Assembly (NCBI GenBank): GCA_902791035.1
Contig: CADAUA010000006.1
Location: 80,457 to 144,456 of the forward strand
Reading direction: 5' to 3'
DNA: 64,000 bases
DNA from: an uncultured Coriobacteriaceae bacterium
GTDB taxonomy: Bacteria; Actinomycetota; Coriobacteriia; Coriobacteriales; Atopobiaceae
Below are positions 61,653 through 64,000 of this stretch, piece by piece (the stretch's first letter is position 1; every line of letters begins with the position of its first letter). The translations under genes and the position numbers were made by a program. The notes below the pieces were generated by a model that searched no databases, was not told where the DNA came from, and saw only the letters and a list, made by a program, of their open reading frames with translations.

Positions 61653-64000
61653 ATGGACAAGGTCCTACAGATCTTTCGCCGCGACCTCCTGCGGATCTGC
61701 CGCAACCCCATCGCCCTGATCGTGACCCTGGGCGTGTGCGTGATCCCCTCGCTCTACGCCTGGTTCAACATCCTGGCCAACTGGGACCCCTACAAGAACA
61801 CCCAGGACGTCCCCATAGCAGTGGTCGACAAGGACGAGGGCACCACGGCGGGAGACATGGGCTACCTGAACGCCGGCCAGATGGTGGAGGAGCGCCTGGC
61901 CGAGAACGACCAGCTGGACTGGGAGTTCACCGACGAGGAGACGGCCCTCGAGGGCGTGACCTCGGGGCGCTACTACGCGGCCATCGTCCTGCCCGAGACC
62001 TTTACCGCAGACCTCGCGAGCGTGCTCTCCGGAGAGCTCGCCTCCCCCACCATCACCTACTACGTGAACGAGAAGCTCAACCCAATAGCCCCCAAGGTCA
62101 CCGACACCGGTGCCACCACCCTGGAGACGCAGATAAACGAGACCTTCGTGTCCACGGTGGCCCAGGTCGTGGTCGACAAGATGCAGGGCGTGGGCGGCCA
62201 GGTGGCGAGCGACGCCGAGGCCGCCACGACCGACGTGGTCACCCGCGTGCGCGACGTGAACGACACCCTGGGCCAGCTCGAGGCCAACATAGACGACACC
62301 CGGGCCACCATCGCCTCGGCCCACTCGAGCGTGGGCTCCGCGCAGGTCACCCTCTCCACCCTGCTCGTGAAGACGGGCGACGCCAAGGTGTCGCTGGCAG
62401 AGGCGACGGGCATGCTCTACACCGCCCGCGCCGGCGCCAACGGGGTGAGCACGAACGTCTCGAGCAGGCTCGCCCGCGCCTCGGCCGTGGTCACCCGCGT
62501 GTCGGGCAAGACGAACACCGCCATCGGCGTGGTGAGCGGGCGCATCGGAGAGGCCCAAGGGACCGTGGACGCCTCGCTCGCCCAGGCCCGCCTGGTAGCG
62601 AACGAGAACGCCGCCATCGTGAGCCAACTCGCGCAGGTGACCCCCTACGTGCCAGCCAGCCGTCGCGACGAGTGGAACGACCTCGTTTCCCGGCTGAGCG
62701 CCCAGGCGGCAGCGGGCCAGGAGGCCGTGGCCAAGCTCCAGACCGCCTCCGACGACATCAAGGCCCAGAACGCCGCCGTGGCCAACCTGTCCAACACCGT
62801 GAACGACGCCGTGACCACGGGCTCCGACACGGTGCTCCAGGCCCAGGGCACGCTGACAAGCTCGGTCCTGCCCCAGCTCGACACCGCGCTCGACGGCTTT
62901 GCCACCGCGGCCGGCCAGCTGCAGTCGGGCCTGGGCGGCGTGGAGCCCACCATCATACAGACCCAGGCCGTGCTCACCCAGCTGGACGGCACCCTCTCCG
63001 ACGCCGACGACGCCCTGGGCCTCACGCACGACGAGCTCGAGCAGGTCCGAACGCTCCTGGACGGGGTAGCCACCGACGTGGAGGCCCTCCAGTCCTCCGA
63101 GGTCCTGGCCCAGATCCGCCAGCTGGCCGACGCCAACCCAACCGACATCGCGACCTTCATGGCCACGCCCGTGACCATCGACGAGCAGCCCGTCTTCCCC
63201 GTGGCCAACTACGGCTCCGGCGTGACGCCCTTCTACACCGACCTGGCTCTCTGGGTGGGCGGCTTCGTGCTCGTGGCCATATATAAGGTCGAGGTGGACG
63301 ACGAGGGCGTGGGCGAGTTCAGGCCCTGGCAGGGTTACTTCGGCCGCTGGCTGCTCTTCTTCGTGCTGGGTACGCTGCAGGGCATCATATGCACCGTGGG
63401 CGACCTCGTGCTGGGCATCCAGTGCGTGAACCCGGGGATGTTCGTCCTCACGGGCATCATCGAGTCCTTCGTGTACGTGAACATCATCTATGCCTTCAGC
63501 GTGGCCTTCAAGCACATAGGCAAGGCACTCTGCGTCCTTCTGGTGATCCTGCAGATCCCCGGCTCATCGGGCACCTACCCCATAGAGATGATGCCGGGCT
63601 TCTACCAGGCCATCCACCCCTGGCTGCCCTTTACCTACGGCATCAACGCCATGCGCGAGTGCATAGCCGGCGCCTACGGCAGCTACTATGCCCAGAACAT
63701 CCTCATGCTGCTCCTCTTCGTGCTGCCGGCCCTGCTCATCGGCGTAGGCCTGCGCCGCCACATGCTCAACATCAACGTCCTCTTCGACCGCCGCCTGGCC
63801 GAGACCGACCTCATGATCTGCGAGCGCGACGGCATGGAGGTGGAGCACTACCGGCTCTCCTCCCTCGTCCAGGCCCTCATGCACTCCGAGGACTACCGCC
63901 AGCGGCTGGCCGAGCGCGTGACGAGCTTCGAGACGTCCTATCCCAAGCGCCAGAAGTGGCTCTTCATAGGCCTCCTGGCCCTGCCCATAGGCCTGGCCGT
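61653..64000 (+). CDS. YhgE/Pip-domain membrane protein (3' end beyond window; absent from the ORF track because no stop is reached)
   Basis: The ATG at 61653 follows GGGAGAAAAG. Hand translation gives MDKVLQIFRRDLLRICRNPIALIVTLGVCVIPSLYAWFNILANWDPY, then a long Ala/Thr/Val/Gln-rich extracellular helical region and C-terminal TM segments. The frame is still open at 64000. Confidence 0.8.
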   Translation, partial: MDKVLQIFRRDLLRICRNPIALIVTLGVCVIPSLYAWFNILANWDPYKNTQDVPIAVVDKDEGTTAGDMGYLNAGQMVEERLAENDQLDWEFTDEETALEGVTSGRYYAAIVLPETFTADLASVLSGELASPTITYYVNEKLNPIAPKVTDTGATTLETQINETFVSTVAQVVVDKMQGVGGQVASDAEAATTDVVTRVRDVNDTLGQLEANIDDTRATIASAHSSVGSAQVTLSTLLVKTGDAKVSLAEATGMLYTARAGANGVSTNVSSRLARASAVVTRVSGKTNTAIGVVSGRIGEAQGTVDASLAQARLVANENAAIVSQLAQVTPYVPASRRDEWNDLVSRLSAQAAAGQEAVAKLQTASDDIKAQNAAVANLSNTVNDAVTTGSDTVLQAQGTLTSSVLPQLDTALDGFATAAGQLQSGLGGVEPTIIQTQAVLTQLDGTLSDADDALGLTHDELEQVRTLLDGVATDVEALQSSEVLAQIRQLADANPTDIATFMATPVTIDEQPVFPVANYGSGVTPFYTDLALWVGGFVLVAIYKVEVDDEGVGEFRPWQGYFGRWLLFFVLGTLQGIICTVGDLVLGIQCVNPGMFVLTGIIESFVYVNIIYAFSVAFKHIGKALCVLLVILQIPGSSGTYPIEMMPGFYQAIHPWLPFTYGINAMRECIAGAYGSYYAQNILMLLLFVLPALLIGVGLRRHMLNINVLFDRRLAETDLMICERDGMEVEHYRLSSLVQALMHSEDYRQRLAERVTSFETSYPKRQKWLFIGLLALPIGLA

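Overview
This is a visibly high-G+C chromosomal core segment. Gene content and order look actinobacterial, most like Coriobacteriia (Atopobiaceae/Olsenella-like); that placement is an inference I could not verify.

I support about 55 protein-coding genes.
- Housekeeping block (1-28 kb): ftsH (partial), a TrmH-type methyltransferase, an L,D-transpeptidase, ffh-ftsY-smc-rnc-acpP-plsX, rpmF-DUF177, coaD-rsmD-recG, the DAK2 and Asp23 genes, rpmB, a HAD-thiamine pyrophosphokinase fusion, and rsmB-fmt-def-priA.
- More accessory half (28-64 kb): two alpha/beta hydrolases, bcp and yaaA, a beta-glucoside PTS EIIBC with a LicT/BglG antiterminator and a RAT/terminator leader, and an AraC-regulated rhaB / AraA-family isomerase / rhaD / Zn-ADH operon. 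It continues with a low-GC DUF559-like single-gene island, EamA and LysR genes, htpG, an ADP-ribosylglycohydrolase, a YbaK-type deacylase, and a panE remnant. The segment ends with a MarR regulator plus a heterodimeric ABC exporter, a malic enzyme, a GH1 6-phospho-beta-glucosidase, metK, a TetR regulator and a partial YhgE/Pip gene.

I saw no rRNA, tRNA, CRISPR/cas, transposase or integrase genes, and no convincing multi-gene defence, secretion or biosynthetic system.

The most unusual signal, possibly undescribed, is non-coding. Intergenic DNA carries at least four families of dispersed palindromic (REP/BIME-like) elements.
- One family forms phased hairpin arrays with a conserved 40/75-bp alternation at four loci.
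- There is a 21-bp-periodic array of 13 units.
- Many short tandem repeats sit exactly at gene boundaries, some anchored on stop codons.
- Two in-frame minisatellites lie inside housekeeping genes.

All coordinates and motifs were read by eye from the sequence. No database search was run.
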